A stretch of 64,000 nucleotides of DNA from Candidatus Dormiibacterota bacterium (GCA_963718525.1 OY970355.1:1600001-1664000), one strand, 5' to 3'; positions 1 through 9,857 are shown, numbered from the stretch's first letter. A program made the numbers and translations. Notes: generated by a model not told the origin, from the letters alone.

Positions 1-2
1 CC

Positions 3-287
3 CGCACCATCGACCGCTGGCATCGCTCGGACGACCTGCTCAGCGCCGAGCGATTCGTGATCGTCAACCGGACCGGTACGCCGCCGCTCCACCTTGACGA
101 GATGAGGCGGCTGGGCTACGACACTTCCCGTACGACCGTGCTTGCGGTGGACTCGCCGGATATCAGCGCCTCCGAGGTGCGCGCTCGCTGCGCCCGGGGA
201 GAGTCGCTCACCGGGCTGGTCCCTGAGGCGGTCGCCGCGCTCATCGAGAGGAAAGGAATGTACCGCGAGAATCGTGACGATGCATAA
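3..287 (+). CDS. nadD: nicotinate-nucleotide adenylyltransferase, C-terminal part (5' truncated by window)
   Basis: DISASEVRAR...SLTGLVPEAVAALIERKGMY matches the NadD C-terminus; directly upstream of rsfS, the usual synteny. Confidence 0.85.
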   Translation, partial: RTIDRWHRSDDLLSAERFVIVNRTGTPPLHLDEMRRLGYDTSRTTVLAVDSPDISASEVRARCARGESLTGLVPEAVAALIERKGMYRENRDDA

Positions 288-297
288 TGCGAATCGG

Positions 298-639
298 ATG
301 ACCTCAACGGATCTTGCCGGCGTCATCGCCGCTGCAGCCACTGACAAGAAGGCGCGCGACGTGGTCATCCTCGACATCCGCGGCAAGACGACCATCGCCG
401 ACTATTTCGTCATATGCGAGGGCGACACCGACCGTCAAGTTCGCGCCATTACTGACAATATCACCGACGTGTGCAAGCAGCATGGTATCCGAGCGCTTGC
501 GGTCGCCGGTCTCAAGGATGCCTCGTGGGCGTGCGCCGACTTCGATGCGGTGATCGCGCATGTCTTCCTTCCTGGAGAGCGCACGTTCTATGATCTCGAG
601 GGCTTGTGGGGAGACCCCGCCGGAGAGCGCGCGGTCTGA
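298..639 (+). CDS. rsfS: ribosome silencing factor RsfS (Iojap)
   Basis: DKKARDVVILDIRGKTTIADYFVICEG..RQVRAI and W...DFDAVIAHVF....RTFYDLEGLWGD motifs; start may be ATG 280 or 298. Confidence 0.95.
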   Translation: MTSTDLAGVIAAAATDKKARDVVILDIRGKTTIADYFVICEGDTDRQVRAITDNITDVCKQHGIRALAVAGLKDASWACADFDAVIAHVFLPGERTFYDLEGLWGDPAGERAV

Positions 640-665
640 TTCCGGAACTCCGCTGACCCGACGTC

Positions 666-2045
666 CTACCCGGTGAACGCCGGCAACGGATGCGCCACCG
701 CGGAGGCGAGATTGAGGACCGCAAACAGCAGGGCGACGCCGCTGAACGCGATCGCGCCCCAGAGCACGATCTTCTCGACGATGTTGATATCGCGGCCACC
801 GATCGACATGATCGGCGGAATGACGCAGCCCAGGAGCGCGCCGGCGATCAGGCCGCCGACGTGGGCGTAGTTGTTGATGTCGAGCGTCGGACCGAACACG
901 AATGTCAGCACGACATTGAGGACGATCACCGTCACCGCGTAGTTCCGCACCGTGTGTGCGATTCCAACCGGTACGTTCTTGCCCTGCAGTCTTCCAACCA
1001 TGAGGAGAAGGCCGATGAGACCCGCGATACCGCCTGACGCACCAAGCGAAAGGCTGGTCGGGGTGATTCCCGGAAGGCTCGGCGCGAAGGTGCTCGCCGC
1101 CACCCACAGGAGACCGCCGGCGATGGCAGTGATGAGGAATGCTCCGAGCAGGACCAGGCGGCCGTAGAGTTGCTCGACGAGCCTGCCGATGAACAGCATC
1201 GCGATGCTGTTGAAGAGGACGTGATACACGTTGGTGGGGTCGTGCAGAAACGCGCTGCTGACAAGCCGCCACCACGCGACCCCGCAGGCGGGACTCTGGC
1301 CGAAGGCGGGGTAGAACTCCCCGTTGGGAAGCGCACCCCACGAGCAGATGTCGGGTCCGGTCGTCGACGTGTGGAGCGATAGCGTGGTGTACTCGAGGAC
1401 CCAGATCACGACGAACACCGCGATCAGCCCGTATGTCATATACGGCTGCGTGACCATCGCGCGGCGCACCGGGGCGACGTAGCCTCCCGCAACGGCCTGG
1501 CGCTCCGCGAGGTCGACCGCCGCCAGTGTCGGCACAGGCGCCCCCTCGTGCACCGACCGTGCCCGGGCACGCAATTCGCTCACCGACGGCATGCCCGGCG
1601 GGATCGGCAGCACGGCTCCGGCGTTGCCGAGCGAAGGATCCACCCACGCGACCCCGAGGCGCACGGGGTCGCCCGGCGTGGTCTTGACGGAGAGCGTGCC
1701 GGCGAGCGGGCCGAGCGCGATCAGGAGGATGTCGCACACCTGGGCACCCTGCTGCCGGATGCGCTCCAGCCCCCATCGACGTGCCGCTTCGCAGCGCGCT
1801 GCCAGGTCGCGGCCGGCTTCGGCAGGGTCGGGCGGCGGCTCGTACATCGCGACCAGCGCCGCCCTCGGACCGTTCCACATCGCCGTGGCGAGCGCATAGT
1901 GACCCAGCAGCTCGCCGAGCCGCGCGTCACGAGGGTCGGCGAGCCTGAGCCGGTAGCGCGTCACGAGGTCGTACGCGATCGCAAGTGCGACCGGGCTCGG
2001 CCCCGGAGGCGGCGCGGCGTAGGTAGGTGGAGCCGCGTCCGTCAC
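666..2045 (-). CDS. rhomboid-family intramembrane serine protease with long N-terminal soluble domain
   Basis: WWRLVSSAFLH, HVLFN, GASGG (catalytic Ser), AHVGGLIAG (catalytic His); GTG start preceded by TAGACT 7 nt upstream. Confidence 0.9.
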   Translation of the reverse strand: MTDAAPPTYAAPPPGPSPVALAIAYDLVTRYRLRLADPRDARLGELLGHYALATAMWNGPRAALVAMYEPPPDPAEAGRDLAARCEAARRWGLERIRQQGAQVCDILLIALGPLAGTLSVKTTPGDPVRLGVAWVDPSLGNAGAVLPIPPGMPSVSELRARARSVHEGAPVPTLAAVDLAERQAVAGGYVAPVRRAMVTQPYMTYGLIAVFVVIWVLEYTTLSLHTSTTGPDICSWGALPNGEFYPAFGQSPACGVAWWRLVSSAFLHDPTNVYHVLFNSIAMLFIGRLVEQLYGRLVLLGAFLITAIAGGLLWVAASTFAPSLPGITPTSLSLGASGGIAGLIGLLLMVGRLQGKNVPVGIAHTVRNYAVTVIVLNVVLTFVFGPTLDINNYAHVGGLIAGALLGCVIPPIMSIGGRDINIVEKIVLWGAIAFSGVALLFAVLNLASAVAHPLPAFTG

Positions 2046-2155
2046 TCGGTTCAGTCTACCGATCGCACCCTTCGACACCCCCGTGCCCTGGCTGCACTTT
2101 GGGCTATGGTCACGCCGTGCCCCCGGGCAGGAGCGCCGCGACGATCCAGCCGAAG

Positions 2156-2911
2156 ATGACCCTCGGCGCTCTCTACCGTTGCCTGCTCGACCGCCTGGAC
2201 ATGCGGCTCGGCATGCGTGTGGGCATCCATTTCGAGGAGCGCACGTCGATCGTTGCGGAGCATGCCGTTGCCGGGTCCGAGCCGGCGCGCATCGAGCAGC
2301 GGACGTTCGACGCCGACCTCGCCGTCCGCGATGCGCAGGTGGTGGAGGCGACACTGAGCGCGGGCGCAACAGGAGCGGAAACGCTCGTCGTACGCGTCGC
2401 CGAGGTCGATGGCGGAAGCCGGTACTCGATCGCCGGCGAGGGTTTTGGAGTCCTGCTGGTACGCCCCGATCTCTTCCATCTCGCCGCGTTCGGCACCAAG
2501 CTCGAGAGCGTGCCCGTGAACGACGCGGTCATCGATCAGGAGACTCCGGACGGCTCCGGCCGGATCGTCGTCGACGCCGAGATCGACACCGATGCGTTCG
2601 CGCGGCTCCTCCATGTCTTCGACGGTGGTCAGTCGGAGAACCCGGAACTGCCGTTGCTCTCGCATTCGACCGTGCTGTCCGCCGCAGCAGACGTGACCCT
2701 CGACTACTGGTGGTCGCTCCTCGGCCTCGACGAGGTCGAGGGCCGGCCGGCACGCCACAATGTCGTCGTCGGCCACGTGCACGCGTCCTTTGCCCCGCTG
2801 ACGGATGCCGGCTCCGGCGCGACCCCGCTCGACCCGGACCCCGGGCTACCGACCCTCGAGGATCTCGATGCCGTATGGGAACGCGCCCGCCAGCACAGGG
2901 TCGGAAGCTGA
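2156..2911 (+). CDS. hypothetical acidic protein
   Basis: ORF with protein-like composition filling the gap between rhomboid and PBP; no motif recognised. Confidence 0.6.
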   Translation: MTLGALYRCLLDRLDMRLGMRVGIHFEERTSIVAEHAVAGSEPARIEQRTFDADLAVRDAQVVEATLSAGATGAETLVVRVAEVDGGSRYSIAGEGFGVLLVRPDLFHLAAFGTKLESVPVNDAVIDQETPDGSGRIVVDAEIDTDAFARLLHVFDGGQSENPELPLLSHSTVLSAAADVTLDYWWSLLGLDEVEGRPARHNVVVGHVHASFAPLTDAGSGATPLDPDPGLPTLEDLDAVWERARQHRVGS

Positions 2912-2915
2912 CGCG

Positions 2916-5438
2916 CTAATGCGGCGGTAACGTCGGGAGGGGCGTCGGGGTCGGGCTCGGTCCCGGTGACGGGTTGGGCGACGGATTGGGATTGGCCGGC
3001 GGAGGAGGCGGCGCCTGGGACGGCCCCGCGTAGGTGCAGGTCTGGGTGGGGAGCGGAGTCGGGCCGTAGTACGTGCAGTTCGTCGATGCGCCGGGCTGGG
3101 TGCCGGGCAGGTAGAAGTCGGAATTGTCGCCCTGGCCGCCGATCGAGATGACGTCGGCGGGCTGCTTGTACCAGGTGAGTGGAGCGCCCTTGGTCGCCGC
3201 CGTCATGTACGCGTGCCAGATCGGAGCGGCGCCGCTGTACCCGGAGACGATGCCGTCGAGGTGGCCGCAGTCGGGGTAGCCGGGATGCAGCGGCTTCAAA
3301 CCGTAGTGAGCCAGGTCGCGCGGGCTGAACGGATACGTGTAGTCGACCTCACCGGCCTCGATGACGTTCCCCCTTCGGATCTGCGATTCCATGTAGCCGT
3401 AATCCTTGGGCTGGAGACAGCTGCGCTGCGCGTTGCCGACCCAGACCGCGGTCAGCAGGTTCGGAGTCCAACCCACGGTGAGGTTGTCCATGAAGAAGTC
3501 CGCGGTGCCGGTCTTGGCGCTCACCCGGCGCGCACCCAGGGTCAGGTAGCCGTTGCGCCCGAACTCCCTGATCCGGTTGTTGTCGTTGCTGGTGATCTCA
3601 TCCATGATGTAGGCGACGTTCGCCGGGATCACCTGGTGGCCCGCCGCCGCGGCGTTGTACGTCCAGATCGTCTGGTTGGTGGCCTGCGCGGTGATGCTGG
3701 TGACCGGCATGGGGTTGTGCTGGACACCGAGATCGCCGAGGGTGGCGGCGCCGTCCGCGAGGTCCAGCAGGGTGATCCCGCAGGTGAGCGATCCGAGGGT
3801 CGCCGCCCACTGGGTGGGGGTCGGCCAGTTCACGTACTGCCCGTTGGGCCCGCAGTTCTGGTCGAGTGACTTCACGCCCATCGCCAGCTCGGTGTTCGCG
3901 ATGTACTGCGTGCCGGTTGCATATTCGGTTTTGACCGCCGGGATGTTGAACGAGTTTCCCAGGCACAGCTTGAGATCGCACGTGCCGTGGAGATGGCGGT
4001 CATCGTCATACGGCGAATACGGTGCAGCGCCGGGGATCGGGAACTTGTAATAGCTATCCAGGATTGGAGTGGTCATCGTGAACTTGGTCGACGCGATGGC
4101 GGCCGTATACGTGAACAGCTTCGTGGTCGAGCCCATGTTCAGCTGGACGGCCGCCGCCTCGTTGACCTGCCCGAAGTACGGGTCGGCGTAGTTCCACGTC
4201 CCGACCATCGCCAGCACCTCCCCGTTCTGCGGGTCGAGGCTCACCAGGGCGCCGTCGCCCATGTTCTCTTTGACGCGTTGCGCAGCGATGAGGTTGTGGA
4301 CGGTGCTGTACGCCAGGTTCTGCTTGGTCTGGTCGAGGGTGGTGTGGATCTCGTACCCACCGGGATTGGCGTACTGCGGAAAGTTTGCGTTCAGGTAGGT
4401 CTCGAGGTAATTGACGAAGTCGAGGTCGAGGTTGGGCTCCAACTCGGTCCACACGTGGAAGGTGAGCGGCTCGGCGAATGCGGCAACACCCTCTGCCTGG
4501 GTGATGTACCCGCTCGCCTGCATGGCCTGGAGCACCGCCTTCTGACGGGACTTCGCGAGTGGGTTGACTGTCTCACCGGGGTCACGAAGGAGCGGGTTGT
4601 ACGCCGAGGGGGACTGGGGCAGACCCGCGAGCATTGCTGCCTGGGCGAGATCCAGCTGGCTCGCGGGCTTGAGGAAATACAGCTCCGCCGCACTCCCGAT
4701 ACCGACCGAGTAGTTCCCGTAAAAGATCCGGTTGACATACATGTCGAGGATCTCGTTCTTCGTGAAGTTGAGCGCGAGCTCGTTGCCGAGCACGATCTCC
4801 TTGATCTTGTAATCGATGCTCTGGGGTGGATCGGCGCCGCCGTAGAGGCTGATCTTCGCGAGCTGCTCGGTGATCGTCGAGCCACCCTGGAGCGACGCGC
4901 CGTGGTGGGTGACGTCGGCGATGCCGGACTCGACCAGACGGGCGAGGTCCCACGAGCCTTCGTTGTAGAAGTTGTGGTCCTCGATGGCGACGATCGCCTC
5001 CTTGAAGTACGGCGAGATCTGCGTGAGGTCGGCGTGGATGTGTCGATAACCCTCGTTGTGGAAGACGTGGATGAGCCCGCCCTGTGCGTCGTAGACGCTG
5101 GTGTCGATCTGCGGCTCCATGTTGGCGACGGTCACCGCGTCCGGAAGCTGGCCCTTGTAGGCGTTGTAGCCCGCGAAGACGGCGCCGACAGTCCCGGCGC
5201 CGATCGCGGCGAACACAGTGATGGCAATCAGCACGACACGGAGCACGCGTCCGCGCTTGCGTGGCGTGCGCAGATGCCGGTACGCGCTGGCCCGACGGCG
5301 GCGCAGTTCCGCTCGCGCGGCGGCCTCGGCGGCCCCGATTCCCGGGTTGTTCGAGGCGGTGGCGCGAGCCGGTGTCGTCGAACCGTTCGGCAGGCCTGCC
5401 CGGCGGCGGCGGACCTCTGGGGTCTGGTCGAGGCTCAC
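2916..5438 (-). CDS. class A penicillin-binding protein (transglycosylase/transpeptidase)
   Basis: N-terminal TM; EDHNFY, GGSTITEQLAK and KIKE transglycosylase motifs; STTK, SFN, KTGT transpeptidase motifs; Pro-rich tail. Confidence 0.95.
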   Translation of the reverse strand: MSLDQTPEVRRRRAGLPNGSTTPARATASNNPGIGAAEAAARAELRRRRASAYRHLRTPRKRGRVLRVVLIAITVFAAIGAGTVGAVFAGYNAYKGQLPDAVTVANMEPQIDTSVYDAQGGLIHVFHNEGYRHIHADLTQISPYFKEAIVAIEDHNFYNEGSWDLARLVESGIADVTHHGASLQGGSTITEQLAKISLYGGADPPQSIDYKIKEIVLGNELALNFTKNEILDMYVNRIFYGNYSVGIGSAAELYFLKPASQLDLAQAAMLAGLPQSPSAYNPLLRDPGETVNPLAKSRQKAVLQAMQASGYITQAEGVAAFAEPLTFHVWTELEPNLDLDFVNYLETYLNANFPQYANPGGYEIHTTLDQTKQNLAYSTVHNLIAAQRVKENMGDGALVSLDPQNGEVLAMVGTWNYADPYFGQVNEAAAVQLNMGSTTKLFTYTAAIASTKFTMTTPILDSYYKFPIPGAAPYSPYDDDRHLHGTCDLKLCLGNSFNIPAVKTEYATGTQYIANTELAMGVKSLDQNCGPNGQYVNWPTPTQWAATLGSLTCGITLLDLADGAATLGDLGVQHNPMPVTSITAQATNQTIWTYNAAAAGHQVIPANVAYIMDEITSNDNNRIREFGRNGYLTLGARRVSAKTGTADFFMDNLTVGWTPNLLTAVWVGNAQRSCLQPKDYGYMESQIRRGNVIEAGEVDYTYPFSPRDLAHYGLKPLHPGYPDCGHLDGIVSGYSGAAPIWHAYMTAATKGAPLTWYKQPADVISIGGQGDNSDFYLPGTQPGASTNCTYYGPTPLPTQTCTYAGPSQAPPPPPANPNPSPNPSPGPSPTPTPLPTLPPH

Positions 5439-5546
5439 GCGGGAACCGTCGGATGCATTGGCGAAATGGTCTCCTGACTCCCGTGCGCTGTGGCGCGCCG
5501 GGAGTGCTGTCGAGTTCCTGGGTGAAACGCCACGGTGGGGGCCGGG

Positions 5547-5699
5547 TTACGCCGGGCGCATCGCGACGGCGAGGATGAAGAGGGCGGCGAACACCAGGAT
5601 GATTGCCGCGCCGCCGGCGAGCGCCGCCGGACCTTCCTCGATCCAGAAGGCGGCGACCCGGCGGCGCCCCGGAAAACCTTCATCCAGTGGTACGGCCAT
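5547..5699 (-). CDS. small (50 aa) single-pass membrane protein
   Basis: MAVPLDEGFPGRRRVAAFWIEEGPAALAGGAAIILVFAALFILAVAMRPA; TACGGT 7 nt before the ATG, matching the window-wide leaderless pattern. Confidence 0.55.
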   Translation of the reverse strand: MAVPLDEGFPGRRRVAAFWIEEGPAALAGGAAIILVFAALFILAVAMRPA

Positions 5700-5796
5700 T
5701 GGGCCAACCGTACCAGCAGGGTCCCTGGAACGGTCGTATGACAATCCGTCACGCGCGCCGGAACGTCAAACCAGCCCATGACACAATCGGACGCCG

Positions 5797-7113
5797 ATGG
5801 CAGTCACAGCGCCTGTTTCCGCGCCCGCCTCCAGTCCGATCGCGCTCCCTCCCGCCCCGAGGACCGCCGAGGAGACGGGGCTCCCCTTCAGCTTTGTGTG
5901 CGACCTCGTCCTCAAGGTCCTCTATTTCAACGGCAGCATGCTGGGTCGCGACATCGCCAACCACCTCTGCCTGCCGTTCTCATTTGTCGAGACCACGTCG
6001 CGGTTCCTCGCCGACGAAGGCTACTGCTCGTCGACCGGTGTGCACACCGCCACGCTGGACCCGGGCGAGCCGATCAACGCCGGCATGCAGCACATGATCT
6101 CGACCACGGGCAGGCAGCGTGCTCGCGAGCTGCTCGAGATCAACCAATACGCCGGCCCCGCCCCCGTGCCGATCGCCGACTACACCGCGATGGCGGAGCG
6201 CCAGTCGCACGTCGACGGACAGGTCAACCGCGCACGCCTCCACGATGCCTTCAGCCACCTGGTCCTTTCGGAGGTCGTGCTCGACCACCTCGGACCGGCC
6301 CTGAGCGCGCGCCAGGCCGTGTTCCTGTACGGGCCGCCGGGCAACGGCAAGACCACCATCGCCGAGGCCGCCGCGTCGCTGCTGGGCGCGCCGATGTTCA
6401 TCCCTCGGGCGCTCTACGTGCACGGCGAGGTGATCCGCTTCTACGACCCGATCCATCACGAGCCCATCGACCGCGAGCTGCCGCCCCACGACCGCCGCTG
6501 GCAGCTGGCCAAGCGTCCGGCCGTCAAGGTCGGTGGCGAGCTGACCCCGCGGATGCTCGAGCTCGGTTTCGACCACACGCTGGGGTTCTACGAGGCCTCG
6601 ATGCAGCTCAAGGCCAACGGTGGGCTGTTCCTCATCGACGACTTCGGCCGTCAGCAGAACATGTCTCCCCGCGACCTGCTCAACCGCTTGATCGTGCCGC
6701 TGGAGAAGAAGGTCGACTACCTCAACATCCCTCGCGCCGGGTCGAGCATCCCGGTGCCGTTCACCTGCCTGGTCATGCTCTCGACCAACCTGCGTCCGCA
6801 GAATCTCATGGACGAGGCATTCCTTCGCCGGGTGCGCTTCAAGGTGCATGTTCCCGACCCGACCGTCGACGAGTACAAGGAGATCTGGCGGCGCAACTGT
6901 GTCGACAACAACCTGCGCATGGACGAGGGACTGGTCGACCGGTTGCTCGAGAAGCACTACCACGCCAAGGGCCGTCCGCTGCACGGCACGCACCCGCGTG
7001 ACCTGCTCAACCACGTGATCCACGCCGCGCTGTACCTGGGCAAGCCCGTCGAGCTCAACAGCGAGCTGCTCGAACTCGCGTGCGAGACCTATTTCGTCGA
7101 CTTTGACGAGTAG
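5797..7113 (+). CDS. AAA+ ATPase with N-terminal winged-helix-like region
   Basis: Walker A YGPPGNGKTT, Walker B FLIDDFGRQ, sensor STN, DEAFLRR Arg finger. Confidence 0.85.
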   Translation: MAVTAPVSAPASSPIALPPAPRTAEETGLPFSFVCDLVLKVLYFNGSMLGRDIANHLCLPFSFVETTSRFLADEGYCSSTGVHTATLDPGEPINAGMQHMISTTGRQRARELLEINQYAGPAPVPIADYTAMAERQSHVDGQVNRARLHDAFSHLVLSEVVLDHLGPALSARQAVFLYGPPGNGKTTIAEAAASLLGAPMFIPRALYVHGEVIRFYDPIHHEPIDRELPPHDRRWQLAKRPAVKVGGELTPRMLELGFDHTLGFYEASMQLKANGGLFLIDDFGRQQNMSPRDLLNRLIVPLEKKVDYLNIPRAGSSIPVPFTCLVMLSTNLRPQNLMDEAFLRRVRFKVHVPDPTVDEYKEIWRRNCVDNNLRMDEGLVDRLLEKHYHAKGRPLHGTHPRDLLNHVIHAALYLGKPVELNSELLELACETYFVDFDE

Positions 7114-7172
7114 GCGGACCCCGCACGGCGGTGCGCGCGGCCGGATTGGCGAGAATAGGGACGAGCGCTGAC

Positions 7173-7649
7173 ATGCCGAAGTCACATCACTACGAGCTGA
7201 CCGTGAGCTGGACCGGGAACACCGGTACCGGAACCAGTTCGTACCAGGCGTTCGAGCGCGCACACGATGTCAGCATCGCCGGCAAGCCGACCATCCTCGG
7301 CAGCGCGGATCCGGCGTTTCGCGGCGCACCGGATCGTTGGAACCCCGAGGAGATGCTGGTCGCGTCGCTCGCTCAATGTCACATGCTCTGGTACCTCGTG
7401 CTCTGCGCGAAGGAAGGCATCATCGTGACCGGTTACGTCGATCACCCATCGGGGACACTCGTGGAGACGCCGGATGGCGGCGGGCACTTCGAAGAGGTGG
7501 TGCTGCAGCCCCAGGTCACGATCACCACGCCCGGCAAGGTGGATCGCGCCATCGCGTTGCACGAGCGAGCCCACGACCTGTGCTACGTCGCCAACTCCGT
7601 GAATTTCAGCGTGCGCGCCGAACCTACGGTTGTGACTGCGCCGGCCTAG
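7173..7649 (+). CDS. OsmC-family protein
   Basis: GSADPAFRG....WNPEEMLVASLAQCHMLWYL and AHDLCYVANSV with two conserved Cys. Confidence 0.9.
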   Translation: MPKSHHYELTVSWTGNTGTGTSSYQAFERAHDVSIAGKPTILGSADPAFRGAPDRWNPEEMLVASLAQCHMLWYLVLCAKEGIIVTGYVDHPSGTLVETPDGGGHFEEVVLQPQVTITTPGKVDRAIALHERAHDLCYVANSVNFSVRAEPTVVTAPA

Positions 7650-7670
7650 GGAGCACCGACCCTCTGCCCG

Positions 7671-8672
7671 TCATCGGCCTCGCTGCAGCGCCGAGCGCAC
7701 ACGCGCGGACGTCCACCGCTTGACGTTCAGCAATCTCCGCTCGAGCTCGCTGACCTCCATCGGTACCAAAGGGGTACCACGCGAGGTCACGTTCGGATCC
7801 CGCGCGCGGGCGCGAGCCCGGGCCACGGACGCAAGCTGCTGCTGCAGAACCGATTGACTATCCGCCCGCGGATCGAGCAACCGCAGGCTCACATGGAATT
7901 CAAAGGTGTCTCGTTGGGTAGGAGCGAAGTCACCGATCTCGAACTTGACGAGGCGGAGACGCGCCAGCTTCTCGAACAAGCCGAGGAACGAGTTGGGCGT
8001 GAACACGTGAGCATGCACGTCGACGAACTCGTCCGAGTGCTGCATGTCGATGCACCGCTTGTACGCGAAAACATCCGGGTCGTCGACGTCGGTGCGCACC
8101 GTCGAGCTGTAGTCGACGTTGTCCGCCCACACAGCCGGCGTGTCGATCATGTCGAGGAGGGCCTTTGCAGAGAAGTCGTAGACCTGCCGGTAACTCGGTT
8201 GCCTGAGTCGACGCAGGTTCGCATCCACGAGGTCGCTGATTTCGGTCAGCGAGCGATTGATGTCGAAGCAGTAGCGCTTGTCGGGAATGACCAGCGAAAG
8301 GATGCCGCCGGGTCGAAGAATCCGAGCGACATCATCCATCCAGTCGATGGGATCGGGGATGTGTTCGATCACGTGGCACGCGATCACGTAATCAAACGGC
8401 GCGTCCGCAATGACGGCGTCGGCGATGGTCTGCTTGTCGCCGATGACGTAGTCCACGTCGACGATCTCATCGAGCCGTCCATGCATGCCCACATCCGTCG
8501 CGTACTTGCGCTTGAGCTCATCGGCCGTGGCATGGTCGAGATAGCGAATTGGACCTTCGCTCTTGCGAACTCTCGGGGATGCCAGTGGACCGATCTCGAG
8601 CCCGCGCATGCTCGAGACATCGATGCCGGCTAGCTCAGGGCGCAAGGATTGGGAAACCTCAGGGGACACCAC
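7671..8672 (-). CDS. class I SAM-dependent methyltransferase (glycan-associated type)
   Basis: GLEIGP motif I, FDYVIACHVIEHIPD, LRPGG. Confidence 0.85.
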   Translation of the reverse strand: MVSPEVSQSLRPELAGIDVSSMRGLEIGPLASPRVRKSEGPIRYLDHATADELKRKYATDVGMHGRLDEIVDVDYVIGDKQTIADAVIADAPFDYVIACHVIEHIPDPIDWMDDVARILRPGGILSLVIPDKRYCFDINRSLTEISDLVDANLRRLRQPSYRQVYDFSAKALLDMIDTPAVWADNVDYSSTVRTDVDDPDVFAYKRCIDMQHSDEFVDVHAHVFTPNSFLGLFEKLARLRLVKFEIGDFAPTQRDTFEFHVSLRLLDPRADSQSVLQQQLASVARARARARDPNVTSRGTPLVPMEVSELERRLLNVKRWTSARVRSALQRGR

Positions 8673-8753
8673 CGGGAATTCGCGAAGCGTACCGCCTCGA
8701 GTCGCCCTGACGAATTCGGGCGCTGCGAGCGGGGTCCGGCCGGCGGTTGGTGG

Positions 8754-9410
8754 CTACTGGTTGTGACCGCTGCCGACCGCGACGGATTCGCGCTCCGAGG
8801 CTTCCTTCGCGACGACCGACCCCGCCGGACGCCGCTCGATGATCTGATCAATCATCCCGTACGCAAGCGCCTGCTCCGCCGTCATGTGGTAGTCGCGTTC
8901 GATGTCGCGGGCGATCTGCTCCGAGTCCCGTCCGGTGTGCCGGTGGTAGAGCTCGACGAGCAACGCTCGCTGGCGGAGGATCTCGCGCGCGTGCACGTCG
9001 AGGTCGGTCGCCTGACCCTGCATGCCCTGCGCCCATGGTTGGTGGATGACCACCAGTGAGTTGGGCAGTGCGAGCCTGCGCCCCGGTGCGCCTGCGGAAA
9101 GCAGCAACGACGCGCCGCTTGCGGCCATCCCGAGGCACGTCGTCTCCACCTGCGGGCGCACGTACTGCATCGCGTCGTACATCGCGAGCGCTGCTGTCAT
9201 GGAGCCGCCGGGGCTGTTGATGTACAGGTGCACGTCGCGCTCGGGGTCCTCGCCCTCGAGGAAGAGGAGCTGCGCGGTGACCAGGTTGGCCAGATCGTCG
9301 TCGATGACCCCGCCGACGAAGATGATCCGGTCGCGGAGCAGGCGCGAGTAGATGTCGTACGAGCGCTCACCGCGAGTTGTGCTCTCGACGACGGTGGGGA
9401 CCAGGGTCAT
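8754..9410 (-). CDS. clpP: ATP-dependent Clp protease proteolytic subunit (paralog)
   Basis: [25 protein letters not shown] (Ser), HQP (His), ERD (Asp): intact catalytic triad. Confidence 0.97.
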   Translation of the reverse strand: MTLVPTVVESTTRGERSYDIYSRLLRDRIIFVGGVIDDDLANLVTAQLLFLEGEDPERDVHLYINSPGGSMTAALAMYDAMQYVRPQVETTCLGMAASGASLLLSAGAPGRRLALPNSLVVIHQPWAQGMQGQATDLDVHAREILRQRALLVELYHRHTGRDSEQIARDIERDYHMTAEQALAYGMIDQIIERRPAGSVVAKEASERESVAVGSGHNQ

Positions 9411-9844
9411 CGCGAGCCCTCCGCTGTTGGTGGAACGAAGCCGATGCGGCGGCGGGTTGGCTCCGCCTGGTTCATCGCGAGGAATGCGCCGAACTGCGCC
9501 ACGGTTCGGAGTGAGGCGGCGTCCAATCCCGACGCCACAACACGAAGCTGGCGCCGAGGGTCTGCCGGCCACGCGGGCTCCTCCTGAGGACCGCCTTCGA
9601 GGCGTCGCCCGAGGTCGGTGTAGAGCGCCGCGATCGGCACCGAGAGCGCATAGGTGATCGCGACCAGCAGATCGGCGGAGACATCCTTGAGCCCACGCTC
9701 GACCTCGGACAGGTACGCGGGCGAGCAGCCGGCCTCGCTCGCGAGCTCGCCGAGACGCCGTCCTTGAGCCTCGCGGTGCCCGCGAAGGATGCCGCCCAGC
9801 TCGCGGCGGATCTCGTCGGCGGTTACGCTCAGAGCAGAACTCAC
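9407..9844 (-). CDS. XRE-family HTH regulator, ClgR/PopR-like
   Basis: [43 protein letters not shown] resembles the ClgR HTH; 4-bp overlap with the clpP start. Confidence 0.85.
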   Translation of the reverse strand: MSSALSVTADEIRRELGGILRGHREAQGRRLGELASEAGCSPAYLSEVERGLKDVSADLLVAITYALSVPIAALYTDLGRRLEGGPQEEPAWPADPRRQLRVVASGLDAASLRTVAQFGAFLAMNQAEPTRRRIGFVPPTAEGSR

Positions 9845-9857
9845 AACGCTCAGAGCA
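9825..9857. promoter_or_regulatory. tandem ClgR-like operator boxes
   Basis: ACGCTCAGAGCA at 9825-9836 and 9846-9857 (21-bp period); fits CGC-N5-GC(G), core GCTC-A-GAGC is palindromic. Confidence 0.6.

Noticed and set aside
2916-3070. Repetitive GC-rich tract
   Set aside because: Encodes the Pro-rich (PNPSP/PTP) tail of the PBP; not a CRISPR or DNA repeat element
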